A stretch of 64,000 bases of DNA from Candidatus Spongiihabitans thiooxidans (GTDB lineage: Bacteria; Pseudomonadota; Gammaproteobacteria; Arenicellales; Poriferihabitantaceae): NCBI GenBank assembly GCA_001543005.1, contig LFLB01000022.1, forward strand, positions 243,956 through 307,955. Reading direction: 5' to 3'. Below the pieces are notes generated by a model. That model was not told where the DNA came from and ran no database searches. It worked only from the letters and a program-made list of their open reading frames with translations. Shown here piece after piece: positions 38,096 to 47,741 of the stretch. The translations under genes were made by a program, and so were the position numbers. Positions within the stretch are counted from its first letter, which is position 1; each line of letters starts with the position of its first letter.

Positions 38096-39628
38096 CTATC
38101 CACCAATAGCTTGGGCTCTTCGTTTTACCAGTGACATTCCTTTTAACATATTCAACGCTTCTCGAAGTTGACGATCTTTTTTAGTCCGCTCTGACAGTTG
38201 AATTTTCTCCTCATCCTCTGGATCGTCTTCGGATTCACCATTTTCCAAATGCCCAGCTAAATCAGATTCGCTGATTCGCTTTTCTTTATCTTGGATGGCT
38301 TCATCATCGGCTTTGGCATCCTGCGTCGCTCTCGACTTCTGTTCCAGACTCAGTTCTACCTCGGCTTTGGCGTCCTGCGTCGCCCTACCTCCTGCATCCA
38401 TGCAGTCGTCCCCCTTCCTTGGGGTCGTACCTCCTCCATCCCTGGGGTCGTCGGCTGAAAAATCCGCCTGTTCAACCGTGATATCTGGAACAACTCCTTT
38501 AGCTTGAATGGATCGGTTCGACGGAGTGTAGTACCTCGCTGTTGTGAGTTTTAGCGCACCACCATTATTCATGGGTATAACCGTTTGCACCGACCCTTTC
38601 CCAAATGTTTTTGTCCCCATTATGATTGCACGCTGATGGTCTTGCAGGGCGCCGGCAACAATTTCCGAGGCCGACGCAGACCCGCCGTTTACCAATACCA
38701 CCATAGGCGCATCATCAATCACATCATCGGGACGCGCCACAAAACTTTGACCTGGGGTTGTGGTTCTACCTCGGGTAGAAACGATCTCGCCCTCGACGAT
38801 AAACATATCGCTTACTTGTACCGCGCCCATGAATACCCCGCCGGGATTGTTACGCAGGTCCAGCACCAACCCATTTAAACCTCCTTTGCTTAATTCGTTT
38901 AATTGTTTTATTTTTAAGCGCAAACTTTGTGCCGTCCCGCTTTGAAAGCTGGATAGTCTGACATAGCCAAAACCGTCCTCTAGAATCTCGCCCCGGACGC
39001 TGTTTATTTTGATGAGCGCACGCACCAGTTTAATGTCCAAACGATCATTTACGCTCTCCCGAAAAATTGTGAGCTTGATTTTAGATCCCGGCTCACCTCG
39101 CATTTTGTCCACCACATCTTTCAAGCTCAGGCCATGCACTGAGACATCATCGATCATCAATATTAGATCGCCAGGCTTAACTCCGGCATCAAATGCGGGG
39201 GTGCCGTCGATGGGTGTGACGACTTTAATTAACCCGTCTTCCATGGTCACTTCGATGCCAAGTCCACCAAATTTACCATCCGCAGCGATTTTAATCTGCT
39301 CGAAGTCCTTGGGCTCTAAAAACATGGAATGGGGATCCAATCCGGCCAACATGCCCTGAATCGCATCGCGCAAAAGCGTGGCATCATCGACCTCATCGAC
39401 ATACTCGCTCTTAATCCTGCCAAATACTTCTGAAAAAAGCTGAAGGTCTTCCAGAGGCAGAGAACTCAGTGCCTGCGTTTGAGTTTGTGCTTGGGTTTGT
39501 TCTTGAGCTTGCTGCTGGGATTGTCCTTGGATGGACAACAGCGAAGTCGCGCCCGCTGCAAAAATCAGCAACGACAAAAACCCGATTCTATGTTTCTGCT
39601 TTATAGCTTGCGCTTTTATATCTTTCAC
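38096..39628 (-). CDS. ctpA: Carboxy-terminal processing peptidase (S41A, CtpA/Prc family)
   Basis: PDZ region GLGIEVTMEDGLIKVVTPIDGTPAFDAGVKPGDLI; catalytic VLVNGGSASASEIVAGAL and TFGKGSVQ. It carries an acidic repeat-containing insert near the C-terminus. Confidence 0.88.
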   Translation of the reverse strand: MKDIKAQAIKQKHRIGFLSLLIFAAGATSLLSIQGQSQQQAQEQTQAQTQTQALSSLPLEDLQLFSEVFGRIKSEYVDEVDDATLLRDAIQGMLAGLDPHSMFLEPKDFEQIKIAADGKFGGLGIEVTMEDGLIKVVTPIDGTPAFDAGVKPGDLILMIDDVSVHGLSLKDVVDKMRGEPGSKIKLTIFRESVNDRLDIKLVRALIKINSVRGEILEDGFGYVRLSSFQSGTAQSLRLKIKQLNELSKGGLNGLVLDLRNNPGGVFMGAVQVSDMFIVEGEIVSTRGRTTTPGQSFVARPDDVIDDAPMVVLVNGGSASASEIVAGALQDHQRAIIMGTKTFGKGSVQTVIPMNNGGALKLTTARYYTPSNRSIQAKGVVPDITVEQADFSADDPRDGGGTTPRKGDDCMDAGGRATQDAKAEVELSLEQKSRATQDAKADDEAIQDKEKRISESDLAGHLENGESEDDPEDEEKIQLSERTKKDRQLREALNMLKGMSLVKRRAQAIGG

Positions 39629-39989
39629 TATTTCACCTTACATTTACGCGGCAATAACCACGCTGCATTATCAAACAAATCTGAAGAAAACTCCGATTGA
39701 TTCAGAGCGTCCTCAGAGTTTCCTAATGAGCACAAGGATGTGCGAGCAAAATCGCCCTTTTGAATTTTCTTGCTCAGATAACGCTAGGATAGCATTATTC
39801 AGCGCTTCTTTAACCGGCTTGTATTGGTTACAGTATACCCATTTGGACTGGCACTAAAATCCTTATGCTATCGGGCTGGTGTATAATTGGCTTTTTAGAT
39901 AGCGACATTCATACCCCCACTGCTCAAACTGTCTCCGCATCTGACCGCACTAGGGGAGAATTCCCGGAATTTTTCAATTTGATTTTAAA

Positions 39990-40409
39990 ATGTATATCGA
40001 ATTTATAACCGAGTACTGGTATTTATTTGCCACGCTCTTTGTCATCATCTTGTTACTGAGTTTTGATCAGGGCGCACGCGGTGTGGGCGGCTCCAAATTA
40101 GTTACGCCTACACAACTACCTCAACTGCAATCGCGTGGAAACGTGGTAATAGTAGATGTCAATGAAGCGGATAAATTCAAGCATGGGCACATTTCCCATG
40201 CCATAAATTTACCCTTTGGACGTTTCGGCGATTCCATCGGAAAATTAAAGAAACACAAGAACAAATCCATCGTTCTTACCTGCGATACCGGCACTAATTC
40301 CAGGAAGGCGGTTGCTATTTTAAAAAACAATGAATTTTCTGATATCTATGTGCTTTCCGGTGGTTTGGCGGCTTGGAGAAAAGATAACTTGCCGTTGGTG
40401 AAAAGCTAA
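39990..40409 (+). CDS. Rhodanese-domain membrane-anchored protein
   Basis: 139 aa with an N-terminal TM, then VVIVDVNEADKFKHGHISHAINLP and the active-site loop LTCDTGTNSRKA. Confidence 0.8.
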   Translation: MYIEFITEYWYLFATLFVIILLLSFDQGARGVGGSKLVTPTQLPQLQSRGNVVIVDVNEADKFKHGHISHAINLPFGRFGDSIGKLKKHKNKSIVLTCDTGTNSRKAVAILKNNEFSDIYVLSGGLAAWRKDNLPLVKS

Positions 40410-40606
40410 CCTTCAAATATTTTTGACAAATCAACAACTTAGTCAACTATGGCCAAAAACGAAACCGAGACAAAAACCGGGGCAAAAACCGGGTCAGCCT
40501 CTACTGCTCAAGCTATTGCTATATTCGACACAAAAAAAGTATCCCTTGAAGAATTAAATAATTTGATTACCAAGGGTGGATTCAGTGCCTTCCTATTGAT
40601 CCCGCA

Positions 40607-41629
40607 ATGCTGCCTGAGCGCGTAACCGTTATCGGAGCAGGTTCATGGGGTACGGCGTTGGCGATTCTGCTGTGCAACAATATCGATCGAGTTTTATTAT
40701 GGGGACGGAATACCGAAGCCATGGAGAATATGGCAAAACAGCGCTCCAATACCCGATATTTGCCTGACATTGCGTTTCCCCAGAACCTCGAAATCCAATC
40801 TGATTTTCAACACATCGTTACTGGTGACCTTTGTTTCGTCGTAGTGGTCCCAAGTCATGGTTTCCGGCAGACGCTGGAAAATCTTAAAAACCATATTATC
40901 AACCAAGGATTTCGGTTAGATGACGCTACGGTAATTTGGGGCACAAAAGGATTCGACACTGCGACCGGGTGCCTGTTAAGCGTGGTAGCCGATGAAGTGC
41001 TGGGTCATGCGGTTGGTTGTGGCGTCATTTCCGGACCAAGCTTTGCCACAGAGACGGCGAATTCCCTGCCAACTGCATTAACGTTGGCCAGCACATCCAA
41101 TGCGAATGCCGAAAACATGGCAAGTTGGTTTCGCACACCAACCACGAAAATGTATTTTAGCGATGACATGGTGGGCGTACAGCTCGGAGGCGCAATAAAA
41201 AACGTGATGGCAATTGCCGCCGGGATAAGTGATGGTCTAGGCTATGGCGCAAACGCCAGGGCCGCACTGATTACCCGAGGATTATCGGAACTCACCCGAC
41301 TGGGATTGGCCCTTGGTGGCAAAGCAGAGACATTTATGGGACTCACCGGGGTTGGAGATTTGATATTGACCTGTACCGATGACCAGTCCCGAAACCGCCG
41401 ATTTGGATTGAGTCTCGGTGCCGGGAAATTAAAAGCCGAAGCAATCGCCGGGATTGGACAAGAAATTGAGGGCATCAATACGGTACGGGAATTGTTTGAA
41501 ATCAGCAAAAATCTTGATGTGGACATGCCGATCACCGAGCAAGTCTACAAAATTATTCATCAAAATAATGATCCCGCAACTGCGGTGCAGTTATTGCTGC
41601 AACGAAACCCGAAAGCAGAATCGGATTGA
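40607..41629 (+). CDS. gpsA: NAD(P)H-dependent glycerol-3-phosphate dehydrogenase
   Basis: VTVIGAGSWGTALAILL, GPSFATE, NVMAIAAGISDGLGYGANARAALITRGLSE. Confidence 0.93.
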   Translation: MLPERVTVIGAGSWGTALAILLCNNIDRVLLWGRNTEAMENMAKQRSNTRYLPDIAFPQNLEIQSDFQHIVTGDLCFVVVVPSHGFRQTLENLKNHIINQGFRLDDATVIWGTKGFDTATGCLLSVVADEVLGHAVGCGVISGPSFATETANSLPTALTLASTSNANAENMASWFRTPTTKMYFSDDMVGVQLGGAIKNVMAIAAGISDGLGYGANARAALITRGLSELTRLGLALGGKAETFMGLTGVGDLILTCTDDQSRNRRFGLSLGAGKLKAEAIAGIGQEIEGINTVRELFEISKNLDVDMPITEQVYKIIHQNNDPATAVQLLLQRNPKAESD

Positions 41630-41658
41630 CCGGAATCCGATTGACCGGAATCTGATGA
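41618..41658. repeat. 15-bp x ~2.7 tandem repeat spanning the gpsA stop codon
   Basis: gaatcggattgaccg gaatccgattgaccg gaatctgatga. The gpsA TGA (41627-41629) lies in copy 1. Confidence 0.9.
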
Positions 41659-41662
41659 CACT

Positions 41663-42148
41663 TTACGGTTTGCTTGCCGTGCCAGCACCATTATTCCCCA
41701 AAAATCCGTGTTGACGCCATGCTTCATACACCACAATCGCAACGCTATTCGATAGATTCAGGCTTCGACTGTCTTTTTGCATGGGAATCGTCAGTCGGTT
41801 TTCAACTGCAACTTGCTCTCGAATTTCCTGAGGTAGCCCGCGGGTTTCCGACCCGAATAGAAGAACATCCCCGGGTTGGTAATTGAAGTCGCTGTAATGC
41901 CGCTGATTCTTGGTAGAAATCGACAGCAATCGGCCGCTGGCTTGTTGATGGAACTGGTGCCAGTTTTCCCAGGATTTAACCTCGCTATACTGATGGTAAT
42001 CCAGGCCTGCCCTGCGTAATTGTTTTTCGTTCATACTGAACCCCAAAGGCCCAATAAGGTTTAACTGACAACCGATATTCGCGCAAAGGCGAATTATATT
42101 TCCAGTGTTAGGGGGAATCTCAGGCTGATACAGCGCGATGGAGAACAT
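41663..42148 (-). CDS. trmL: tRNA (cytidine/uridine-2'-O)-methyltransferase TrmL (SpoU family)
   Basis: 161 aa: IALYQPEIPPNTGNIIRLCANIG...LLFGSETRGLP...SLNLSNSVAIVVYEAWRQ. Confidence 0.88.
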   Translation of the reverse strand: MFSIALYQPEIPPNTGNIIRLCANIGCQLNLIGPLGFSMNEKQLRRAGLDYHQYSEVKSWENWHQFHQQASGRLLSISTKNQRHYSDFNYQPGDVLLFGSETRGLPQEIREQVAVENRLTIPMQKDSRSLNLSNSVAIVVYEAWRQHGFLGNNGAGTASKP

Positions 42149-42562
42149 TCAAAAAGGCTTTACCACTGCTAATATGATAATCCCTGCAAGGAGCAGTACC
42201 GGCAGCTCATTCATCCAACGATAAAAAACCGGGCTATGGGAATTGGCATCCTTTCTAAATGCAACCAATGCTTTATAGCACCACAGGTGATGAGCGATGA
42301 CCAACACCACGAGCAATAACTTTATATTGAGCCAGTTTCCGGAAAAACCATAACCCAGCCATAGCCAAAATCCAAATACAATGGTCAGAATCGCGCCCGG
42401 GGTCATAATCCCAAAAAACAGTTTTCGCTCCATCACTTTAAACCTGTTGATACTGGTTTGGTCGCCGGCCTGAGCATGGTAGACAAAAAGTCTGGGCAAA
42501 TAAAATAGCCCGGCAAACCAGGTCACCATGAAAATAATGTGAAAAGTCTTGATCCAGAGCAT
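42149..42562 (-). CDS. hemJ: Protoporphyrinogen IX oxidase HemJ-type membrane protein
   Basis: 137 aa: MLWIKTFHIIFMVTWFAGLFYLPRLFVYH, the typical HemJ N-terminus. Confidence 0.8.
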   Translation of the reverse strand: MLWIKTFHIIFMVTWFAGLFYLPRLFVYHAQAGDQTSINRFKVMERKLFFGIMTPGAILTIVFGFWLWLGYGFSGNWLNIKLLLVVLVIAHHLWCYKALVAFRKDANSHSPVFYRWMNELPVLLLAGIIILAVVKPF

Positions 42563-42719
42563 AAGGATGGCAGCAAATGATTATACCGGGAATTCTAGCA
42601 GGCTTTGCTGGATTTAATTTCCCGGGCAATTAGTAAAGTTGCCAGTATGCCTTACGCATAAAAAAAAGGACGTTCGGAGAGAACGTCCTGAGTGATAAAC
42701 ACCAATGGAGGATAAAACT

Positions 42720-43007
42720 TTATGCGACTCGTCGAAAATCCGTGGATGTATCAGGTTGGCGGGTCGGTTGTGCTGCCAGTTGTGTCAATGTGCCTCGGGT
42801 ACGAACCAATTCATGAATCTGATAACGTTCGACACCGATATCGCGAAGCAGTCTGTCGGGCAGGGTATTCAAATGACGAATTGCTTTTTTGCGTTCAATC
42901 AAAGCCTGGATCCGGTGAAACGTCCGAATCACTTGAGACAATAGTCCCCGACCGAATTCGCCGTGTACAACCTTTGAGTTGTCTTTCATATTTACAGTAT
43001 TTTTCAT
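42720..43007 (-). CDS. DUF1127 domain protein
   Basis: 95 aa with RHLNTLPDRLLRDIGVERYQI (DUF1127 signature L..L.D..L.DIG..R). It is divergent from a LysR gene. Confidence 0.7.
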   Translation of the reverse strand: MKNTVNMKDNSKVVHGEFGRGLLSQVIRTFHRIQALIERKKAIRHLNTLPDRLLRDIGVERYQIHELVRTRGTLTQLAAQPTRQPDTSTDFRRVA

Positions 43008-43283
43008 ATTCGCCTCCTAATTGACTAAGAACATGATGATGGTTAATAATGTGAGGGCACCGACGCACGCAACACCCACTTTGTTAAATAATTCGTTTGT
43101 CATTTCTTTACTCCCACTAAGTTGGTTGTTTAAATTAATTTCGCTATGTATTAGCAGATGGTCAGAATATAAGGGTAAAATTCCTTGCAAACAAACGAAA
43201 GTTTTTCATACAATACATGAATAATTACTCATGTACTAAATTCGTAATGTTAATCTATACATTAAATTAACTCAGGATTAAAT

Positions 43284-44213
43284 ATGGCAATTCGATTCCC
43301 GCCGATGGCAGCCCTGCGCGCTCTGGAAGCCGTCGCCCGACATTTAAGCTATACCCATGCGGCTGAGGAGCTATTTGTCACCCAAAGCGCCATTAGCCAC
43401 CAGATTAAACACATCGAAGATCTGTGGGAAATCAAGTTATTTGAGCGCCGTGGGCGGCGGATCGTGCTTACCGAAGCCGGCCACGCTCTGGTGCCCGTAG
43501 TACGTGATTTTATCCGCCGCATCACCGCAACCCTGGAAGAGATTACCGAAAAAGACGGCAGCTCGTCGGCCCTTCGAGTCACTCTGCTGCAATCTTTTGC
43601 CTTCAAATGGCTGGTACCGCGGCTCGGTCACTTCAACCATGAATATCCTGATATCGACGTGTGGATATCAACCTCAGATGAACTTGTCGTTTTCGATTCG
43701 GAAAAAGCTGATGTGGGTATCCGCCTCGGTTATGGGCGTTGGGGAAATCTCCATGAAGAACTGTTGCTTCAAGAATATGTTTTCCCGGTGTGCAGTCCGC
43801 ACTTCCTCGAACAATACGGTGTACCGGAAAACCCTGAAGATTTGTTAAACCTTCCTCTTTTACGCCGCAATGCCGTGGACATTTTGCAAAGGTGGCGTGA
43901 TTGGTTCAAGGATGCCGGTGTGGTGGTTAAAAAAATGCCCAAAGGCACGCAATTCCCTCAAACCAGTCTGGCGCTTCAGGCAGCCATTGACGATCAAGGG
44001 GTTGCCCTGGCTCGCAGCGCCCATGTCCTCGATGATGTTAAAGCGGGTCGTCTGGTGCGGCTGTTTCCGAAGGTTAAAAGCAAATCAAACGTATCCTATT
44101 TTTTCGTTTGCGTTCCGGGACGCGAAAACGAACCACAAATTGCAGCATTCAGAGATTGGCTCATGCGGGAAGCCGCACAATCAGAAAAAGAATTTGAGGA
44201 AATGTTAACCTGA
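43284..44213 (+). CDS. LysR-family transcriptional regulator (GcvA-like subgroup)
   Basis: The N-terminal HTH LRALEAVARHLSYTHAAEELFVTQSAISHQIKHIE plus a LysR substrate-binding domain. Confidence 0.88.
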   Translation: MAIRFPPMAALRALEAVARHLSYTHAAEELFVTQSAISHQIKHIEDLWEIKLFERRGRRIVLTEAGHALVPVVRDFIRRITATLEEITEKDGSSSALRVTLLQSFAFKWLVPRLGHFNHEYPDIDVWISTSDELVVFDSEKADVGIRLGYGRWGNLHEELLLQEYVFPVCSPHFLEQYGVPENPEDLLNLPLLRRNAVDILQRWRDWFKDAGVVVKKMPKGTQFPQTSLALQAAIDDQGVALARSAHVLDDVKAGRLVRLFPKVKSKSNVSYFFVCVPGRENEPQIAAFRDWLMREAAQSEKEFEEMLT

Positions 44214-44264
44214 GGCCAAACAGAAACCTGGCGTAAATTCATGGCTCAGTTGCATAAGGAGTTT

Positions 44265-45266
44265 TCAGGTAGCCGGCGTGAATTCATGAATCATGTGAAT
44301 AACCTCATCACTGTCCAGGCGAGACAAACAATGGCGGGGGCAATTACGTTTATCGCATACATCACATCCCGGTACACGAATAATACGATCCCGATGACCT
44401 AGCGGTCCCACTTTATTTTCGTCAGTGGGGCCGAATAAAGCAATGACCGGAGTTTGTTTTGCCTCGGCGACATGCATTGGAAAACTATCACCGGTGAGCA
44501 TTAAAGACGCTCGACTGGTGAGTTCAACGAACTCAAGTAAAGACTGCGCGCCGGCCATATTAACCGCACTTTGGCAATGCCCATCCTCAATACCTTGGTC
44601 AATGTGGATTTTTCGACCAGGCGCTCCGGTGAACACGACCTGATAGGTGTTGGATACTGCTTCACATACTTCCATATAATTTTTCAACGGCCAGTCTTTC
44701 GAAGGCCATCTTGAAAATGGACTGATAATGAGTATGGGTTTGTTTTCGAGGTTAATTTTCAACAACAACCGATCTACCGACAGTTTGTCGTCGTTGCCAA
44801 CGGCAAACTCCATGGTCGTGTCCCTGGTCGGGATTCCAACGACCTGCAGGAGTTGATCCATTTCCTTTATTGCGTGTAAATTTTTATTCCTGAACCCTTT
44901 TAACCCCCACCAGTTTCCCTTAACAAATTTATTTTCGGCTTTCGCGCCATAAAGAAAAAACACCGACTTGGCCAGTCCCTGCAAATCAATAGCGAGATCA
45001 AAATTGTGTTGACGAACCTCAGACATCAGCCGCATCATTTGTTTTATTGCCCACACCGGTTTTTTGCGCCAGTTCTTCTTGATGCCATCACGATCAATCA
45101 GCATGAACTCGTCAACCCAGGGGCTGTGTCGATAAATATCGGCTGAAGTATTGGCGGTTAACAAAAACAATTTGCTGTTCGGGTAGTGTTTTTTAATCGC
45201 CCGGATATGGCCACTGGCGTGAAGCACATCGCCCAGGGAAGTTTGTTTTATCACTAAAATATTCAT
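44265..45266 (-). CDS. Glycosyltransferase family 9 (LPS heptosyltransferase-like)
   Basis: MNILVIKQTSLGDVLHASGHIRAIKKHYP...; C-terminal LMLTGDSFPMHVA and ALFGPT. Confidence 0.8.
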   Translation of the reverse strand: MNILVIKQTSLGDVLHASGHIRAIKKHYPNSKLFLLTANTSADIYRHSPWVDEFMLIDRDGIKKNWRKKPVWAIKQMMRLMSEVRQHNFDLAIDLQGLAKSVFFLYGAKAENKFVKGNWWGLKGFRNKNLHAIKEMDQLLQVVGIPTRDTTMEFAVGNDDKLSVDRLLLKINLENKPILIISPFSRWPSKDWPLKNYMEVCEAVSNTYQVVFTGAPGRKIHIDQGIEDGHCQSAVNMAGAQSLLEFVELTSRASLMLTGDSFPMHVAEAKQTPVIALFGPTDENKVGPLGHRDRIIRVPGCDVCDKRNCPRHCLSRLDSDEVIHMIHEFTPAT

Positions 45267-45293
45267 GCCGTGACGAAAATATCGCCTGAGTCA

Positions 45294-46262
45294 CTATTTG
45301 TAAAGATCAGGCTTTTCATCCGGCTGGGTTCGAAACCAGCGAAAAGTCCACATGTACTGTTCCGGGGCATCAAGTATTAGTTTCTCCATTGCCTGATGCA
45401 TATTTGTCGCATCGGCGACATAATTACCCGCGGGAAAATTTTCCAGTGGTGGGCATATTGTAGTCCGGTATCGGCCAGTTTCCGGCATCAGTCTGCATAT
45501 ACTCGGGATAACCACCGCATCGGTAATTTTGGCCAACCGGCTGACGATGTTTAAAGTTGAGCGTTGTTGCCCAAAAAATGGCGCAAATACGGCGTGCTTC
45601 CCATCTCCAAAATCTTCGTCTGGAATAAAGTAGCAAAGTTTGCCGTTGTTCATACCCTCGATAATTCCGCGCAAGCCCTGATCGCGCATCAAAACAAGCA
45701 CCTTTTTATAGCGTGTTCGTGAGCGATACAGAAACCAGTTAAGCACCGGGTTGCGATCACGTTTCATCATGGCAACCAAATCTATGTCAGCCAACACTAA
45801 ACGCCAACCCATATCCAAAGTAGTGGTGTGATAGGTAACAAGAACTATTTTTTGCGTTTTCGGTAATGCCTTTAAATTCTCAAATCCAACCACGTCCGAA
45901 TATTTTTCAACTCGCCGGATCGATCCCATCATCGCCAAACCCATGTCCACCAACCCCCGGCCATAGCAACGAAAATGATCTTTAACCATTTGTTGCCGCT
46001 GGATTTCCGAGAGATTAGGGAAACACAATCGAATATTAACTTCGGCAATTCGGCGGCGCTTGGAATTATACCGATGCATTTGATCACCAACAAATGCGCC
46101 GAGCTTCATAGTCCATTTTCTTGGCAGCCACATGACCAGCCATAAAAATGCCAACATCAACCATGTCCCCCAGTATTTCGGTTTCAAAAACAGGGGTTGA
46201 AACCGTATCGTCGGGGCGTAGGAATGGGTCTGCTTAGTGGGCATGGGAAATATGGGTGCCAT
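45294..46262 (-). CDS. Lipid A biosynthesis (Kdo)2-lipid IVA acyltransferase family (LpxL/HtrB-like)
   Basis: 322 aa with an N-terminal TM, the HxxxxD-family context (VTYHTTTLDMG), and FIPDEDFG... as in LpxL/M proteins. Confidence 0.7.
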   Translation of the reverse strand: MAPIFPMPTKQTHSYAPTIRFQPLFLKPKYWGTWLMLAFLWLVMWLPRKWTMKLGAFVGDQMHRYNSKRRRIAEVNIRLCFPNLSEIQRQQMVKDHFRCYGRGLVDMGLAMMGSIRRVEKYSDVVGFENLKALPKTQKIVLVTYHTTTLDMGWRLVLADIDLVAMMKRDRNPVLNWFLYRSRTRYKKVLVLMRDQGLRGIIEGMNNGKLCYFIPDEDFGDGKHAVFAPFFGQQRSTLNIVSRLAKITDAVVIPSICRLMPETGRYRTTICPPLENFPAGNYVADATNMHQAMEKLILDAPEQYMWTFRWFRTQPDEKPDLYK

Positions 46263-46342
46263 TCAAAATTATAAGCCAAAACTATAAGCCTGTTCTGGTA
46301 GTGACGCAAACTCGAAACCCGAAAGTAAGGGGTTATGATATA

Positions 46343-47011
46343 TCAGATTACAAACCCTTGATATCTTTGATCCTGCGACCCAAGCCAGCATAGATCGTCC
46401 CAATTATCAATGTCCCGCAATTCAGCACAGTACGATACCGCGATACCCAGGCGTTGAAAATTTCCACAAATCCTGGTCAATACTTGACTACCTCCCCAAT
46501 CAACCCCGTCAAAAACCCCCTCCTCTAACCTGATGAGTCCCAATAAATAAAACCCGCCATCGCTGGCCGGACCGATGACATTATTTTTTTCTACCAGTGA
46601 TCGATGGACCTGAACCAATATTTCACTGGTTATCTGAGGCACGTCGCAGCCCATCACCACTGCGCCACCATACTGTTCGATACCATTTCGAAGAACGAAC
46701 AACAACCGCTGGCCCAGATCGCCTGAAATCTGGACCTCCAAATCCAGATCATTATTTCGCGCAAAATTTTGAAATAGCGGGCTATTAATGCTGGGCGAAA
46801 CAGTTAGAATCAATTTCCCAGGCCAGAACTGGCACACTTTATCTACTGATTGTTCCAGCATAAGCGTTGCCAACTGGGCAGACTGAATTTCGCTCAAATA
46901 GGGATGCATCCGGGTTTTTACCAACCCGGGAACCGGCACCTTGGCAAATAAGTACAGCGGTAGTTGGGTCTTAGCGATCATTTGCACGAGCATTTCCATA
47001 CAGGTCGGCAA
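46343..47011 (-). CDS. DUF2064/TIGR04282-like nucleotidyltransferase-fold protein
   Basis: LYLFAKVPVPGLVKTRM...GPASDGGFYLLGL, typical of DUF2064. The start is uncertain (internal Mets; overlaps the upstream gene). Confidence 0.6.
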   Translation of the reverse strand: MPTCMEMLVQMIAKTQLPLYLFAKVPVPGLVKTRMHPYLSEIQSAQLATLMLEQSVDKVCQFWPGKLILTVSPSINSPLFQNFARNNDLDLEVQISGDLGQRLLFVLRNGIEQYGGAVVMGCDVPQITSEILVQVHRSLVEKNNVIGPASDGGFYLLGLIRLEEGVFDGVDWGGSQVLTRICGNFQRLGIAVSYCAELRDIDNWDDLCWLGSQDQRYQGFVI

Positions 47012-47711
47012 GTCGATTGGCGTCCACCCCTATCCAAAACAGGAAACGCAACTTCCACATCAGTAAAATGGTCTCTAAAGCCCCTTTGTTTTGCCAGCGA
47101 CGGGCCGAGGTGACCACGGCTTTTTTTATCAGCCCGGGCCGGGAATATCGATTAAGCTTTTTACAGATTGCGATATCTTCCATTAACGCGATCTGCGGGT
47201 AACCTTCGCATTTATTGAATAAAGATGATGCAATAAACATCGCCTGATCGCCGGTGCCAATTCGACGTACTCGAGACCGAAGATTAACCATTCGTTCTAT
47301 TACCCGATAAATCAATCCTTTCGATTCCAAAGATATATCAAATCGACCCCAGGCATAACCGTTTTCAATAATCCGTCGAATCAACTTCATAGCGTCGTCA
47401 GGCAAGCGTGTATCGCAATGCAAAAAGACCAAAATATCGCCATTGGAAGATTTTGCCCCCAAATTCATTTGCGCGGCGCGGCCTGATTCATTGCTGGTAA
47501 CCAAACCAATCTTTGCGGCGTTGGGCGATGATTTCGGCAGGGCCTGCAAAGTGTTAGTCACTATGGCTCTGGAATCCGGTTGATCGCTGGCATCCACCAG
47601 AATCGCCTCATGGAATCCCTCTAACCACTGCAAGTGTTCAACCAACTTAATCACATTACTGCCCTCGTTATAAAGCGGAACAATGATTGAAATCAATACA
47701 GCGGCGCTCAT
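46971..47711 (-). CDS. Glycosyltransferase family 2
   Basis: ISIIVPLYNEGSNV...VDASDQPDS...FLHCDTRLP (GT-A DxD-type fold landmarks). Confidence 0.75.
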   Translation of the reverse strand: MSAAVLISIIVPLYNEGSNVIKLVEHLQWLEGFHEAILVDASDQPDSRAIVTNTLQALPKSSPNAAKIGLVTSNESGRAAQMNLGAKSSNGDILVFLHCDTRLPDDAMKLIRRIIENGYAWGRFDISLESKGLIYRVIERMVNLRSRVRRIGTGDQAMFIASSLFNKCEGYPQIALMEDIAICKKLNRYSRPGLIKKAVVTSARRWQNKGALETILLMWKLRFLFWIGVDANRLADLYGNARANDR

Positions 47712-47741
47712 TCAATGTGGGGGCAGGCAGATTAACCAGCC

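Noticed and set aside
38290-38420. Direct repeat inside ctpA (ggctttggcRtcctgcgtcgc twice, giving RATQDAKA twice) within an acidic C-terminal insert
   Set aside because: It looks like a low-complexity linker expansion in an otherwise canonical S41 peptidase. There is no evidence of separate function.
40449-40625. 58-aa ORF (MAKNETETKTGAKTGSASTAQAIAIF...) between the rhodanese gene and gpsA, where secB often sits
   Set aside because: It has no SecB similarity, is low-complexity, and overlaps the gpsA start. It is probably not a gene.
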